64,000 nt of DNA from Bythopirellula sp. (GTDB taxonomy: Bacteria > Planctomycetota > Planctomycetia > Pirellulales > Lacipirellulaceae), in NCBI GenBank assembly GCA_965216565.1, contig OZ244170.1, positions 3,872,001 to 3,936,000 of the forward strand, given 5' to 3'. The translations under genes and the position numbers were made by a program. The notes beneath the pieces are model-generated. The model was given only the letters and a program-made list of their open reading frames with translations, was not told the DNA's origin and ran no database searches. The number at the start of each line of letters is the position of its first letter. Within the stretch, counting starts at the first letter, position 1. Below are positions 1 through 9,899 of this stretch, in pieces.

Positions 1-597
1 TTTCTGGGTATTGAAGAACATTGGTTTACGACACGCGTGGCACTCGACGAATTCGTTGCCGAACAGGAGAAAGCCACGGGGCACGAACTGCGGGTTGATG
101 CCGGCGATGTCGCACCGGAGGCCGAAAGTACCAATGGCGAAGCGCCCAAGGAGGGCCCGCTGGCACCGAAGTTACGCATCATCGAATTGCATGAAGTTCG
201 TACGATCAATACGTTGCTCGGAGATCTCGACAAGTTGGGCTTCTCAATCGATGCCCTCATTCCTCAGGACCGCACGGGCGAGGAGGGCTCGCGCTATACG
301 CTCCGCCGCGGCGAAAGCGAAACAGGGCTCGAAGACTTGCGTGGCTTGCCTGCTGCCATTCGTGCCGCGGGAGAAAAGGGTTTGCAAATCACCCGCTTTA
401 AAGGCTTGGGTGAAATGAATGCCGAGGAACTGCGTGAAACCACGCTCGATCCCACCAACCGCACGCTCCTGCAGGTGAAAATGGAAGACGCCGGCGGCGC
501 CGACGAACTATTCCGCGTCCTGATGGGCGACAACGTCGAACCCCGGCGGGAGTTCATTCAGAAGCACGCACTCGACGTGAAGAATTTGGATGTGTAG
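1..597 (+). CDS. gyrB: DNA gyrase subunit B, C-terminal part (5' truncated by window edge)
   Basis: Frame is open from base 1. Contains [35 protein letters not shown] and the terminal NLDV of GyrB. Confidence 0.97.
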   Translation, partial: FLGIEEHWFTTRVALDEFVAEQEKATGHELRVDAGDVAPEAESTNGEAPKEGPLAPKLRIIELHEVRTINTLLGDLDKLGFSIDALIPQDRTGEEGSRYTLRRGESETGLEDLRGLPAAIRAAGEKGLQITRFKGLGEMNAEELRETTLDPTNRTLLQVKMEDAGGADELFRVLMGDNVEPRREFIQKHALDVKNLDV

Positions 598-628
598 CTA
601 GAAAATGCGTCTGATCTAAGCTGGGCAA

Positions 629-660
629 CAAAAAGAGAATCGGCGTTTTACGGCCGATTC
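629..660 (-). terminator. Intrinsic terminator hairpin between convergent genes
   Basis: GAATCGGC...GCCGATTC stem preceded by an A-run on +, which is a U-run on the - strand. Confidence 0.6.
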
Positions 661-697
661 CCAGTGCCTTACGAGAATTTGTCATTGCTGCGGCGAC

Positions 698-1045
698 TTA
701 CCAGTGGCGGTTTCCACGGTGGCGGTCCCAATGACCAGTCTGATGGTAGCTCCAATGGCCGGGCACGTAATCGAAGTGATCATTGTGCCGGACGAAGCCG
801 CCGGGTTGGTAATCGAAGTGGCTGGTATCGTGCCAATCGTAGTGATAGCCCCTTCGTCCTCGATAGCCGCGCTGGGAGCATTGCGCGCGATAACCATGGG
901 GATTGCCGATGTCTAAGTGGACGTTGCGTCCACCGAGATGAAGACCAAATCCACGTTGGCCGTGGGCGGCATTGGCTGGGCTGGCATCAACACCGACGAA
1001 GGCAAACAGGGCGGCAGCGGTGAGTGCGATTGTGAAAGTTTTCAT
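698..1045 (-). CDS. Small secreted His/Gly/Tyr/Trp-rich protein
   Basis: ATG at 1045 with GAAGGAG RBS. Sec signal MKTFTIALTAAALFAFVGVDASPANA. Mature part contains WHDTSHFDY, HNDHFDYVPGHW and HQTGHWD. Confidence 0.85.
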   Translation of the reverse strand: MKTFTIALTAAALFAFVGVDASPANAAHGQRGFGLHLGGRNVHLDIGNPHGYRAQCSQRGYRGRRGYHYDWHDTSHFDYQPGGFVRHNDHFDYVPGHWSYHQTGHWDRHRGNRHW

Positions 1046-1115
1046 AGGTTCTTCTCCTTCAAGCTTTGGGGTGGACAACGGGGTCAATGGTTCCACTCCG
1101 TCATCGAGATACTTT

Positions 1116-1131
1116 TGCAAGTCGTATGCCA
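1116..1131 (-). promoter_or_regulatory. Sigma54 (-24/-12)-type promoter
   Basis: The - strand reads TGGCATACGACTTGCA, matching TGGCAC-N5-TTGCW with exact spacing, about 70 bp upstream of the 1045 start. Confidence 0.7.
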
Positions 1132-1769
1132 ATCCGCACAAGCGGCCTAAAAGTAAGGGTCAAAGGGCCGTTTGTCTTCTTTTGTGTGATTCTTAAGAGC
1201 TTGGTTTTTTGTGATCGATACGATCGCAGCGTGGTCACATCGATCACGACCAAAAATGGAGACTGAGATTTCACTGGCCATTTGATAAGTTCAATCAAGT
1301 GGCATTTGGCCAGGCAGAAAAACGACGTCTATCAGCGTTTTTTTACGACAAGTCGATATAGCAGGGGAATCGAACGCTTGCCTCTGGGGGTCGCGCCTAA
1401 ATCTTGTGTCGCGACATCGCGGGTCACACAATTGAGAAAAAGTCACGGTCCTCTATTTTGTGTAAGACTGCTTCTGCACCCACGATGGCTAGTGCGACGC
1501 TTGGGTTCTAAATGGCACAAGAAGCGGCGGTTGACTTGGCCGATCGATTTCTTCGGCAACCAGAGAGATGTCGCGCGCGAGCGCGTTTCCGCAGAGGAGA
1601 AGTTCTTTCGAAATCAAATTTGAAAGCCTAAATGATGATTGCCCAGGGAGAAACGACTCTTCGGCGGACTCGGAATGGCCGTGTCACCCTGCAAAACGAT
1701 GGCTTTCGCCGCAAATGCCGATAAACTAGGCGAAGCGTTGAGTTTCGATGAGTTTAGGGGGAACTTGTG

Positions 1770-2721
1770 ATGCGATACTTCTATGCCTTGAGTTTTTCTC
1801 TTGTGCTTGCCGCACCTGCCTGTGGTCAGTGGAGCCTGAGCCAGCTCTTTGTGCCGGTTGTGGAGGATTTTTCTTCGTTCACAGCCCCGGTCTCTGTGGG
1901 GAACTGCCAGCCCTGCTGCCAATCAGCTGGACTCCGACATTTGGGCTTTCTCGGCGACCAGCAATACGGACTCCGTTTCCAGCACGTTTGGTAACAACTA
2001 CATCAACGGCGAAGGGCTCAACACGGGCGGCGTTTCGACGGAAGGAGTTTACGCATTCGACAACGGAGCCGGACTGCGGGGCATCGGGCCGCAAGGTGAC
2101 GATACGAGGTGGTCTCCGGGAAATCTTACCATCAAGCTGCGCAACGACACGGGAACGACGATCGAACAGCTGCGCGTCGAGTGGGACTATCTGCTCTATA
2201 ACGACCAAACGGGCCGACGTTCTTCGCAACTCTTGATTTCAAGCACCGACAACACGGGTAGTTACGCTGCCCCGTTCGGCGGTTCAGTTCTGACGCAGGA
2301 TCAGCCTCAAGGGACGCTCTCCTGGCTGAACATTGCAAGAGATGTGACGTTCAATGCCAGCATTGCCGCGGGGAACGATTACTATTTGCGTTGGAGCTTC
2401 GATGATTTGGCAGGTTCTGCAGGGACTGGTGTGGACCGCGATGAAATTGGCATCGCTGACTTGCGTATCACTCCGCTCGCAGAACTCAAAGGCGACTTTG
2501 ATAACAACGACGTTGTGGATGGCCTCGACTTTTTGGATTGGCAAGTGGATCCTGGCATTGGATTACTATCCGACTGGGAAAGCAATTATGGCATTCGCGT
2601 TCCGATCGCGGCGACGGTCTCAGCAGTTCCTGAGCCAGAGTCCTGGTTGCTCGTAGCAACCGCGTTGGGAGGAATTATTACCTTCAGGCACAACACGTGC
2701 GCCGCCAACAGACCTTCGTAG
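1770..2721 (+). pseudogene. PEP-CTERM surface protein with dockerin-like motif, interrupted by an apparent +1 frameshift near 1885-1901
   Basis: The signal peptide and QWSLSQLFVPVVEDFSSFT are in frame 1767/1770. The body (NQLDSDIW..., GDFDNNDVVDGLDFLDWQ, AVPEPES + TM) is in frame 1849. Could be a sequencing error rather than a true pseudogene. Confidence 0.7.
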
Positions 2722-3186
2722 TGTACGCTGCTACGCACAGCGTTCTCCCTGTTGCGACAATTCTTGCAAATCGTAGGGTGTGCCAAAGCGAAGCGGCGGC
2801 ACACCGATTCGTTGAAGTCTGCTTTGAGAAATCGATGGGACTTCGGTACCACCCTTCGATCGAGCGGCCGTTGAGGATCCAGCGACCGACCAAGAGTTCT
2901 ACTCCCACCAGCGCGGCCAAAAAAGTCCCTCCGCCGCTGCCCCAAACCCTTTCGCCAACAGAACGGCCCGGTGTGAAGGCCGTGCAGAATGGTTCAATTT
3001 TGCAGCAAAGTATGGAACCCCTACCGTTGGCGCACAATTCACGACTCACCAAATTATCGTGGACGGGCCATTGATAATGGAGAGACCTTCAGAATTGCCT
3101 GCACTGGCAGTTGCCTCGCGAGCAGTCCAAGCTACCGTTAAGGTAGTGACAAAGTTGTCAGAAAATCTGCCGAGAGACGACCAACG

Positions 3187-3582
3187 ATGCGTTATCTAGT
3201 ACGAGCAAGAGTGAAACCGGGTTGCGAGGCGGCGCTTTTGCGGGCGATCGAGGAGGGGACGCTAGGCCGAGGCTCCGTCGCTGGGGGTGAGTATTTGCGC
3301 GATATGCAAAAGGCGCGGCTTTGCGAGGATGGAACAACGCGCTGGGTGGAAGTCTGTTACTGTCCAACCCCTTTGGAAGAAGAGCGACCGTATTGGGAAG
3401 AATTCTTTGAGTTGGAAAAGATTCAAGACGCCCACTCCCGCGAAAACTGTCTCGACGAGAACGGCACCGAAGCGTGGGCGTGTAGCGACTGCGATTGCAC
3501 CGAGAAGTTGGAAGCCAAGATGGAGAATTGGGGTTGCTCGTTCTTCGCCTCTCTCAAGCAGCATAACGACGAGCCCAAGTAG
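3187..3582 (+). CDS. Cys-rich hypothetical protein
   Basis: 131 aa with ATG start and protein-like composition. Motifs WVEVCYCPTP and WACSDCDC. Confidence 0.8.
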   Translation: MRYLVRARVKPGCEAALLRAIEEGTLGRGSVAGGEYLRDMQKARLCEDGTTRWVEVCYCPTPLEEERPYWEEFFELEKIQDAHSRENCLDENGTEAWACSDCDCTEKLEAKMENWGCSFFASLKQHNDEPK

Positions 3583-3724
3583 TCGGCGATAAACCCAATG
3601 CGCACGGCACTCTCCGTTTTGCCTCGATTCTTGCATTACGGCAATCTTCTCGTCATATTTTCTTGAAGGTTGCAGTTCCAACGTTCTCGTGTGGGTGCCC
3701 AACTTCTTGTCCGGAGAATTCCTC

Positions 3725-5047
3725 ATGTCGGTCGGTTCCAAACAGAGTCGTCGCTCTTTTTTGCATACAACTCTTGGCGGTTCGGCTGCACTTGCCGCGC
3801 CGTATGTTGTGCCCGCTCACGTGCTCGGTGGCGAGGGTGGCACTGCGCCTAGCGACAAACTGGGCATTGGCCTTGTGGGTGCCGGGGGGATGGGTGGCGT
3901 CCATTTGAATTGGATAACGAGTCAGCCCGACTTGATGCTGCGGGCCGTTTGTGACGTAGACGAAGGGCACTTGGATTATTCGGTCAACCGGCTGCGCGAA
4001 AAGGGCAATGCCAAGGAGTGCGAAGGTATTGCAGATTTTCGCGAGCTGGTGACTCGGCCCGACATTGACGCGGTGTGGGTCACCACGCCCGATCATTGGC
4101 ACGCGCTGGTGACCATCGCGGCGGCGCAGGCTGGCAAGGACATTTACTGCGAGAAGCCGCTGGCCAATTCTATTGGCGAAGGTCGAGCCATGGTCGACGC
4201 CGCGAAAAAGCACAACCGCGTTTTGCAGTGTGGCAGTCACGAGCGCTCTGGTGCGAACGTCCGCCGCGCTTGCGAGTTGGTGCGGAGCGGAAAGCTAGGT
4301 GAAATCGAGACGGTGCGGATCTATTTGCCTTGCGAAGAGAATCATCACAATGAAGCCCGCAGTCGACAGGGTGAGTTAGTGCCCGCCGAGGTACCGGCAG
4401 CGCTTAATTACGATTTCTGGTTAGGCCATACCGAGGAAGTTCCGTATGCCGACAAGCGGTGCCATTTTTGGTGGCGATTCAATTCACGTTACGGCCAAGG
4501 CGAGATGACAGATCGTGGGGCGCATGTGATCGACATCGCACAGTTGGCACTCGACATGGACGACAGCGGCCCCGTGGAATATGAGGCGACCGGCGATCAA
4601 CTCCAAGGTGGGCTCTACGACGCGTTCATGGACTTTACGTTCGAGAATCGCTATTCCAATGGCGTGCGGATGATTGGTCACAAGACGGGCCCGCGCGGAA
4701 TTCGATTTGAGGGCAGCGAAGGTTCGCTGTTTGTGCATGTCCATGGGGGCAAGCTGGAAGCCGATCCTGCAACGTTGCTGGAAATTGATTTGGGAAAAGA
4801 CGATGTTCAACTGGGACGCACGGATGACCACAAGCGGAACTTTATCGAATGCGTCCGCTCGCGCGAGGTGCCCTTTGCCGGGAACGAAGTGGGGCATCGC
4901 ACCGCCACGGTTTGCCACCTGAACACGCTGGCCATGCGTCTCGGTCGACCACTGAAGTGGGATCCGAAAGCTGAACAGGTGATTGACGATGAGGAAGCCA
5001 ACAAGTTGCTGTTGCCCAAGATGCGGGCTCCGTGGTCATTGTCTTAA
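3725..5047 (+). CDS. Tat-exported Gfo/Idh/MocA family oxidoreductase
   Basis: SRRSFL Tat motif, GLVGAGGMG Rossmann motif, TPDHWH, YCEKP. ATG 3725 follows GGAG. Confidence 0.95.
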   Translation: MSVGSKQSRRSFLHTTLGGSAALAAPYVVPAHVLGGEGGTAPSDKLGIGLVGAGGMGGVHLNWITSQPDLMLRAVCDVDEGHLDYSVNRLREKGNAKECEGIADFRELVTRPDIDAVWVTTPDHWHALVTIAAAQAGKDIYCEKPLANSIGEGRAMVDAAKKHNRVLQCGSHERSGANVRRACELVRSGKLGEIETVRIYLPCEENHHNEARSRQGELVPAEVPAALNYDFWLGHTEEVPYADKRCHFWWRFNSRYGQGEMTDRGAHVIDIAQLALDMDDSGPVEYEATGDQLQGGLYDAFMDFTFENRYSNGVRMIGHKTGPRGIRFEGSEGSLFVHVHGGKLEADPATLLEIDLGKDDVQLGRTDDHKRNFIECVRSREVPFAGNEVGHRTATVCHLNTLAMRLGRPLKWDPKAEQVIDDEEANKLLLPKMRAPWSLS

Positions 5048-5206
5048 AACACGAATTGGACATTCTAGCGGGCATTCTGGTCCACTCGCAGGCTGAGCTT
5101 GACGTAGATTGCCGTTCCAACGCAAAATCTGGCAATCGGTCGGGGCCGCTCTTCGCTCCGTTCTTCGAATTTCCTGCGGGGCATTCCCTCACAGCTTCCC
5201 TTTAAG

Positions 5207-6994
5207 ATGGACGGCATGATGACCGATCGCGATACGCAACCCTCAGACTCAACAACAGAAGAACCCCTCTACACGCCCGCACCGAATGAGGCTCAATTGA
5301 CTGCCCGTGCGGTGGTGGTGGGTTGTTTGGTGGGCAGTGTAATCTCCTGCACGAACATTTACGTTGGGCTGAAAATCGGTTGGTCATTTGGTGCATCGAT
5401 CATATCAGCCGTTCTGGGCTTTTCGGCTTTTGCCACATTCGGGAAAAGGCTGAGCGTGCTCGAGACCAATTCGGCGCAGACAGCTGGCTCGGCTGCGGGT
5501 GCGATGTCTTCAGCGGCTGGGTTGCTGGCGGCGATCCCAGCCATGAACTTACTCGGCTACGAGATTCCTTGGCATATGCTGATGTTATGGGCGCTAGGCG
5601 TAGCCTTTCTGGGGGTATTCTACGCCGTGCCATTGCGTCGACAGTTTGTAGAAGTCGACAAGTTGAAGTTTCCCACCGGCACAGCTACCGCGCATACCAT
5701 TCTGGCTATGTTTAGCGATGCGGGAGAAGCAATCGCTAAGGCACGCATGCTCATTCTCACGGGAGTGGCCGCGGGCCTATTCACACTGGGCTCTCACTTT
5801 CTGCCAGAGCTGGAATCTCCACCACTAGACAAATGGACGGGCATACCACTACTCGCTGTATTAGCTACTTGGACTTTTAAGATCTATTTGGGGCCATCGC
5901 TGTTTGGTGCTGGATTTCTGATCGGTCCGCGGGTCGTGCTTTCGCTGGTCCTCGGGTCAATTGTTGCTTGGGGCATACTTGGGCCATTAGCGCAATCCAA
6001 TGGTTGGGCACCAGGCGAAGTCATGGATTTCAAAACGGGACCACGGGGTTGGATTCTATGGCCTGGCGTAGCATTGATGGTGAGCGAAGCGCTGACGTCC
6101 GTGGCGCTGTCTTGGAAATCGTTTGTGCAAGTTGCGCGAATGCCGAGAAAAGCCGCTGACAGCGCAATAGACAACGATCGGATCATCCCCAATAGTTGGT
6201 GGATCGGTGGGCTTGCTCTCGGCTCGGCCTTAACGGTGTTCATCGCTTCTAGATACTTTGGGATTCCCTGGTACCTGGCACTGGTTGCGGTGGCTCTGTC
6301 TGCATTGTTGTCGGCCGTAGCAACGCGATCTATGGGCGAAACCGATATCAATCCGATCGGCGGTATGGGCAAAGTGACGCAACTGGTATTCGGGTTTCTG
6401 CAGCCGGGCAATGTCGCTAGTAACTTGATGGCCGCCGGAATTACAGGCGGCGGAGCCTCGCAAGCGGCCGACATGATGCAGGATTTGCGGACTGGTCACA
6501 TGTTGCAAGCATCGCCTCGAAAGCAGTTTTTGGCTCAGCTTTGTGGAATTTGTGCGGGCATTGTGTTTGCGGTGCCGGCATACCATTTGTTGACATCTGC
6601 CTATGAAATTGGCGGCGAGAAACTTCCCGCGCCTGCCGCGTTAGCCTGGAAGGCAATGGCTGAGTTGCTGGTCGGCGGTCCCTCGGCGCTGCCAGAGCAT
6701 TCAGTGACCGCGGTCGTGATCGCCTGTATTGTGGGCGTCGCACTTTCTTTGTTGAGAACGATTGATTCCATCAAAGAATATGTGCCCAGTGGATTGGCGA
6801 TGGGCATTGCGTTCATCATCCAAGCCTATTACTCGCTAGTGATGCTCTTCGGTTTGGTAGTGTGGCTCGTTTGGAAGCGCGTCTCGCCAACGTCCGCCGA
6901 GAATTACACTTTTGCCGTCGCCTCTGGATTGATTGCCGGAGAAGGGTTGATGGGCATCGTCAATGCCGGACTCACGCTGCTGGGCATCGGTTGA
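5207..6994 (+). CDS. OPT family oligopeptide transporter
   Basis: QLTARA, YVGLKIG, LETN..QT, LKFPTGTATA, GETDINPIG, DMMQDLRTG and ASGLIAGEGL motifs, with many TM segments. Confidence 0.93.
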   Translation: MDGMMTDRDTQPSDSTTEEPLYTPAPNEAQLTARAVVVGCLVGSVISCTNIYVGLKIGWSFGASIISAVLGFSAFATFGKRLSVLETNSAQTAGSAAGAMSSAAGLLAAIPAMNLLGYEIPWHMLMLWALGVAFLGVFYAVPLRRQFVEVDKLKFPTGTATAHTILAMFSDAGEAIAKARMLILTGVAAGLFTLGSHFLPELESPPLDKWTGIPLLAVLATWTFKIYLGPSLFGAGFLIGPRVVLSLVLGSIVAWGILGPLAQSNGWAPGEVMDFKTGPRGWILWPGVALMVSEALTSVALSWKSFVQVARMPRKAADSAIDNDRIIPNSWWIGGLALGSALTVFIASRYFGIPWYLALVAVALSALLSAVATRSMGETDINPIGGMGKVTQLVFGFLQPGNVASNLMAAGITGGGASQAADMMQDLRTGHMLQASPRKQFLAQLCGICAGIVFAVPAYHLLTSAYEIGGEKLPAPAALAWKAMAELLVGGPSALPEHSVTAVVIACIVGVALSLLRTIDSIKEYVPSGLAMGIAFIIQAYYSLVMLFGLVVWLVWKRVSPTSAENYTFAVASGLIAGEGLMGIVNAGLTLLGIG

Positions 6995-7245
6995 CAATAC
7001 CAAGTTAGTTCGGCGGTCTTGCAACGGAAGAGTAAACGAAGTCGTCAAGACTCAGGGACAGATCTGTGAGCGTCGTTGTAGAAATGCCGGGCCACTAAAA
7101 TGAGTTCGATCGCTACAACCTGCATGTCGCATGAGGATTTTCTTCCGAGCGTACTGCCAGCTAAGACCTGAGGCGTCGCACTAGTCCATCTTTCATTAGG
7201 AGCGGTACTTTTCTTTCGCACTCTTCTTCTGATGGAGTAGGACTA

Positions 7246-7821
7246 ATGATCTTTGTCTGGGGATCGAAGTTATATGGTAAAGTCGATGAAATCGAAGGAC
7301 TCGGACACGTGGCGACGGAGTTCGGCCATTTGTTTTGGATCCCAGTGATTCCAAAATGTTCCTACTTTGTGACCGAGGAGGACAAGCACACCTATCAGGG
7401 GATGCCAATTGGTCTTTCGGCCAAATCGGTATTGGTGGCTTATGCTCGGGCGGCGTCGATCATCTTTTTTGTCGCTGCATTGGGAGCGATCAACACCATG
7501 TTCAATCCCACGGAAGTTATCGATCCCGAAAGAGTAAGATCTGTGAAGACGACCATTATCCTGGGAGTGCTCGCCATCCCGACTTTCTTCTACGTCTACA
7601 GTCGGCCTATTCGGTTTGCAGATTATGAAACTGCCATCCGCTTGGCAGACAGAATTGGGTTCGACGAGCGATGGAAGACCTGCATTGAACTGCTGTACGA
7701 TCGAATTGATAACGACGAGGCGGAGCGGAGACTAGCAGCGCCCGAAGCCGAAGCGGAGTACGTTCAGCCGACTTTTGATGAGAACTTCGATTACGAGACG
7801 TTCAAAGAGCAATACGCCTAG
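7246..7821 (+). CDS. Hypothetical membrane protein
   Basis: GGAG/AGGA RBS. N-terminal WGSKLYGKVD...HLFWIPVIP motif and two TM helices. Confidence 0.8.
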   Translation: MIFVWGSKLYGKVDEIEGLGHVATEFGHLFWIPVIPKCSYFVTEEDKHTYQGMPIGLSAKSVLVAYARAASIIFFVAALGAINTMFNPTEVIDPERVRSVKTTIILGVLAIPTFFYVYSRPIRFADYETAIRLADRIGFDERWKTCIELLYDRIDNDEAERRLAAPEAEAEYVQPTFDENFDYETFKEQYA

Positions 7822-7843
7822 GATGACCGAATCTGGCTCTTAT

Positions 7844-7907
7844 CTATTTGGCGATGACTCTACTTGGCGATGATTCTGCTTGGTGACGATTCTACTTGGT
7901 GACGTAA
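7844..7907. repeat. Four 16-bp tandem repeats; the last overlaps the 3' end of the YtoQ-family gene
   Basis: CTATTTGGCGATGACT / CTACTTGGCGATGATT / CTGCTTGGTGACGATT / CTACTTGGTGACGTAA. Confidence 0.85.
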
Positions 7908-8332
7908 CGTAGGACCTCCACAACCTGCTCCGGCGTTTTGGCCCAGGCCATTGCTGCCGCGTCGACTTCTTTGAGGGGGTGCACGATCGAGTCGTCGTGG
8001 AGTGTGATGTAGGGCTTATCCAGAGCCGCGCACATGCCGGCGTCGAATGCCGCGTTCCATTGCTTGTATTTGTCGCCGAACCGGATCACTGCGAGATCGC
8101 ATCGCCGGATGGAAGTCCGAGTCCGGATTGCATTCACTTTGGCTGATTGATGATCGCGCCAATAGGGTTGGCTGGGCTCACCTAGTACATCGCCGGCCGC
8201 ATCACTTGCTTCGTGATCGGTAACCGCCGACGTGTATTGAACATCGAGTCCAGCGGCTTCGGTGCCTTGGATGATTTGTTCTCGCCAATCGGTATGGATT
8301 TCGCCCGAGAGATAAACGGTCCATTTCATCAT
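7892..8332 (-). CDS. YtoQ family protein (nucleoside 2-deoxyribosyltransferase-like fold)
   Basis: VYLSGEIHTDWRE, RFGDKYKQWNAAFDAG and HPLKEVDAAA motifs. Confidence 0.9.
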   Translation of the reverse strand: MMKWTVYLSGEIHTDWREQIIQGTEAAGLDVQYTSAVTDHEASDAAGDVLGEPSQPYWRDHQSAKVNAIRTRTSIRRCDLAVIRFGDKYKQWNAAFDAGMCAALDKPYITLHDDSIVHPLKEVDAAAMAWAKTPEQVVEVLRYVTK

Positions 8333-8692
8333 TGCTTTCCCGTGAAAGGTGGAGACTAGTTTTCGATAGAACTGCCACGTTGGTGGGATATTTTATCTGA
8401 TGGTAGCAGGTGTGTCATACGGGCCGATGGTACGTACTCTTTGCGTGCCAATAGGGAGGTAATTCGTTCAGTCCTGGCGAAGCGGCTCTTCCGAATAGGA
8501 AGGAAGGCCCTGAGTAGGCTCGGGCAATGAGGCGATTTCATGTCCCGACGGTCGCTCATTGCTAGCAGTGCCGATTCTTCTTGTGCCTGGTGGGCCTGTT
8601 CTTTAGACTCGCTCGCCCCGTTTCTTCGACCTCCGTGAGATTCTGCAACTTGCGAGCGTCGAGCACATCTCCCAGCCTTGAAGGAATGCACC

Positions 8693-9718
8693 ATGTGGAT
8701 GCGCGCCTGTTTAGCAATTGGTTTGACCCTCCTCAGCATGACAAGTACTGAGGCACGACTCACCGAGCCGCAAATAGTCCGGCAGTCGTCGGTCGTTCTA
8801 GAGCAAATCATGTCTGCCCCGGCGCAGAGCATTCCCCGCCAATTGCTTACCGATGCCCAGGCCGTAGTGATCGTGCCGCAGCTTAAGGGCGGCGCGTTTG
8901 TCGTCGGCATTCGCAAGGGCCACGGCGTGGTCGTGGTTCGCGAAGCGAATGGTGGTTGGCGGGCGCCGCAATTCGTCGAGATGACCGGCGGCAGCGTGGG
9001 TTGGCAAGCTGGCGTGCAGTCGTCCGACGTGATCTTGGTCTTTCGTAGTCGAGAGAGTCTCGACAATTTAATGAGCGGCAAATTGACGATCGGCGCCGAT
9101 GCTTCGGTTGCGGCGGGTCCCGTGGGACGTCAAGTGGCGGCAGCAACTGACCTAGATCTCAGTGCAGAAATCTACAGCTATTCGAGAACGCGGGGTGCGT
9201 TCATCGGCGTAGCTATCGATGGCACTGTGCTGAAGAGCGACCCTCTCGCCGATGGCCGTTACTATCCAGCGGGTGGCGGCATTCCCCGTGAAGCGAGCCA
9301 ACTAGTCGGCCAACTTTCGGCGTACGTCGGTGGAAGCACGCCGGTCGCGGAGACCTCGCTCGTTTTGCCATCGACGCCTGAAGCAACCACCGACGCCAGT
9401 CGGCATCAACTGATGGAAGCCTCGCGACGCTTGTTTGCCATGCTGGACCCAACCTGGCAGCAATACCTGGCTCTACCCGAGGCCATCTATCAGCCGGCTC
9501 CGCTCGAACGAGAGACTTTGGTCGGGCTGGAACAAAGTTTACAACGCTATGAGGCCGTGGCTGCGGATCCGCAATTTGCATCGCTATCAACTCGGCCAGA
9601 GTTTCAGCTAGTCTTAGCAACCTCGCGACAGCTAGTGTCTCAACCACAACAAGGACAGCTTGCACTTCCGCCGCCACCAGCAGGGAATCAAACAGTTCAA
9701 CCAAGGTTTCCAAGGTAA
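8693..9718 (+). CDS. Secreted SYLF/Ysc84 lipid-binding domain protein
   Basis: Signal peptide, GGSVGWQAGVQSSD, GADASVAAGPVGR, EIYSYSRTRG. Confidence 0.9.
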   Translation: MWMRACLAIGLTLLSMTSTEARLTEPQIVRQSSVVLEQIMSAPAQSIPRQLLTDAQAVVIVPQLKGGAFVVGIRKGHGVVVVREANGGWRAPQFVEMTGGSVGWQAGVQSSDVILVFRSRESLDNLMSGKLTIGADASVAAGPVGRQVAAATDLDLSAEIYSYSRTRGAFIGVAIDGTVLKSDPLADGRYYPAGGGIPREASQLVGQLSAYVGGSTPVAETSLVLPSTPEATTDASRHQLMEASRRLFAMLDPTWQQYLALPEAIYQPAPLERETLVGLEQSLQRYEAVAADPQFASLSTRPEFQLVLATSRQLVSQPQQGQLALPPPPAGNQTVQPRFPR

Positions 9719-9899
9719 CTGGGCTAATTGTCGAGACTGCCTCGCCAGGCGTTTCAACCCGATCTGACGGTCTTATTTTTGCGCCTCTGCGTGAATGATT
9801 TGCGCGTTATTGCTTGCCGCTAATCGGGGATAATAACTAGAATTAAAGATCAGATTCCTTCTGGCTGTCTTTGTCCCGATGCATTTGGTTTTGAGAATT

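Noticed and set aside
1..330. Extra sequence in GyrB before the KGLGEM motif as a possible intein or insertion element
   Set aside because: No intein terminal motifs; consistent with the ordinary lineage-variable GyrB insertion.
2697..3074. ORFs 2697-3074 (+), 2684-3052 (-) and 1282-1623 (+) in long intergenic gaps
   Set aside because: No RBS, recognisable motif or protein-like composition; treated as non-coding.
7844..7907. Possible mini-CRISPR array
   Set aside because: The units are contiguous 16-mers without spacers, and there are no cas genes.
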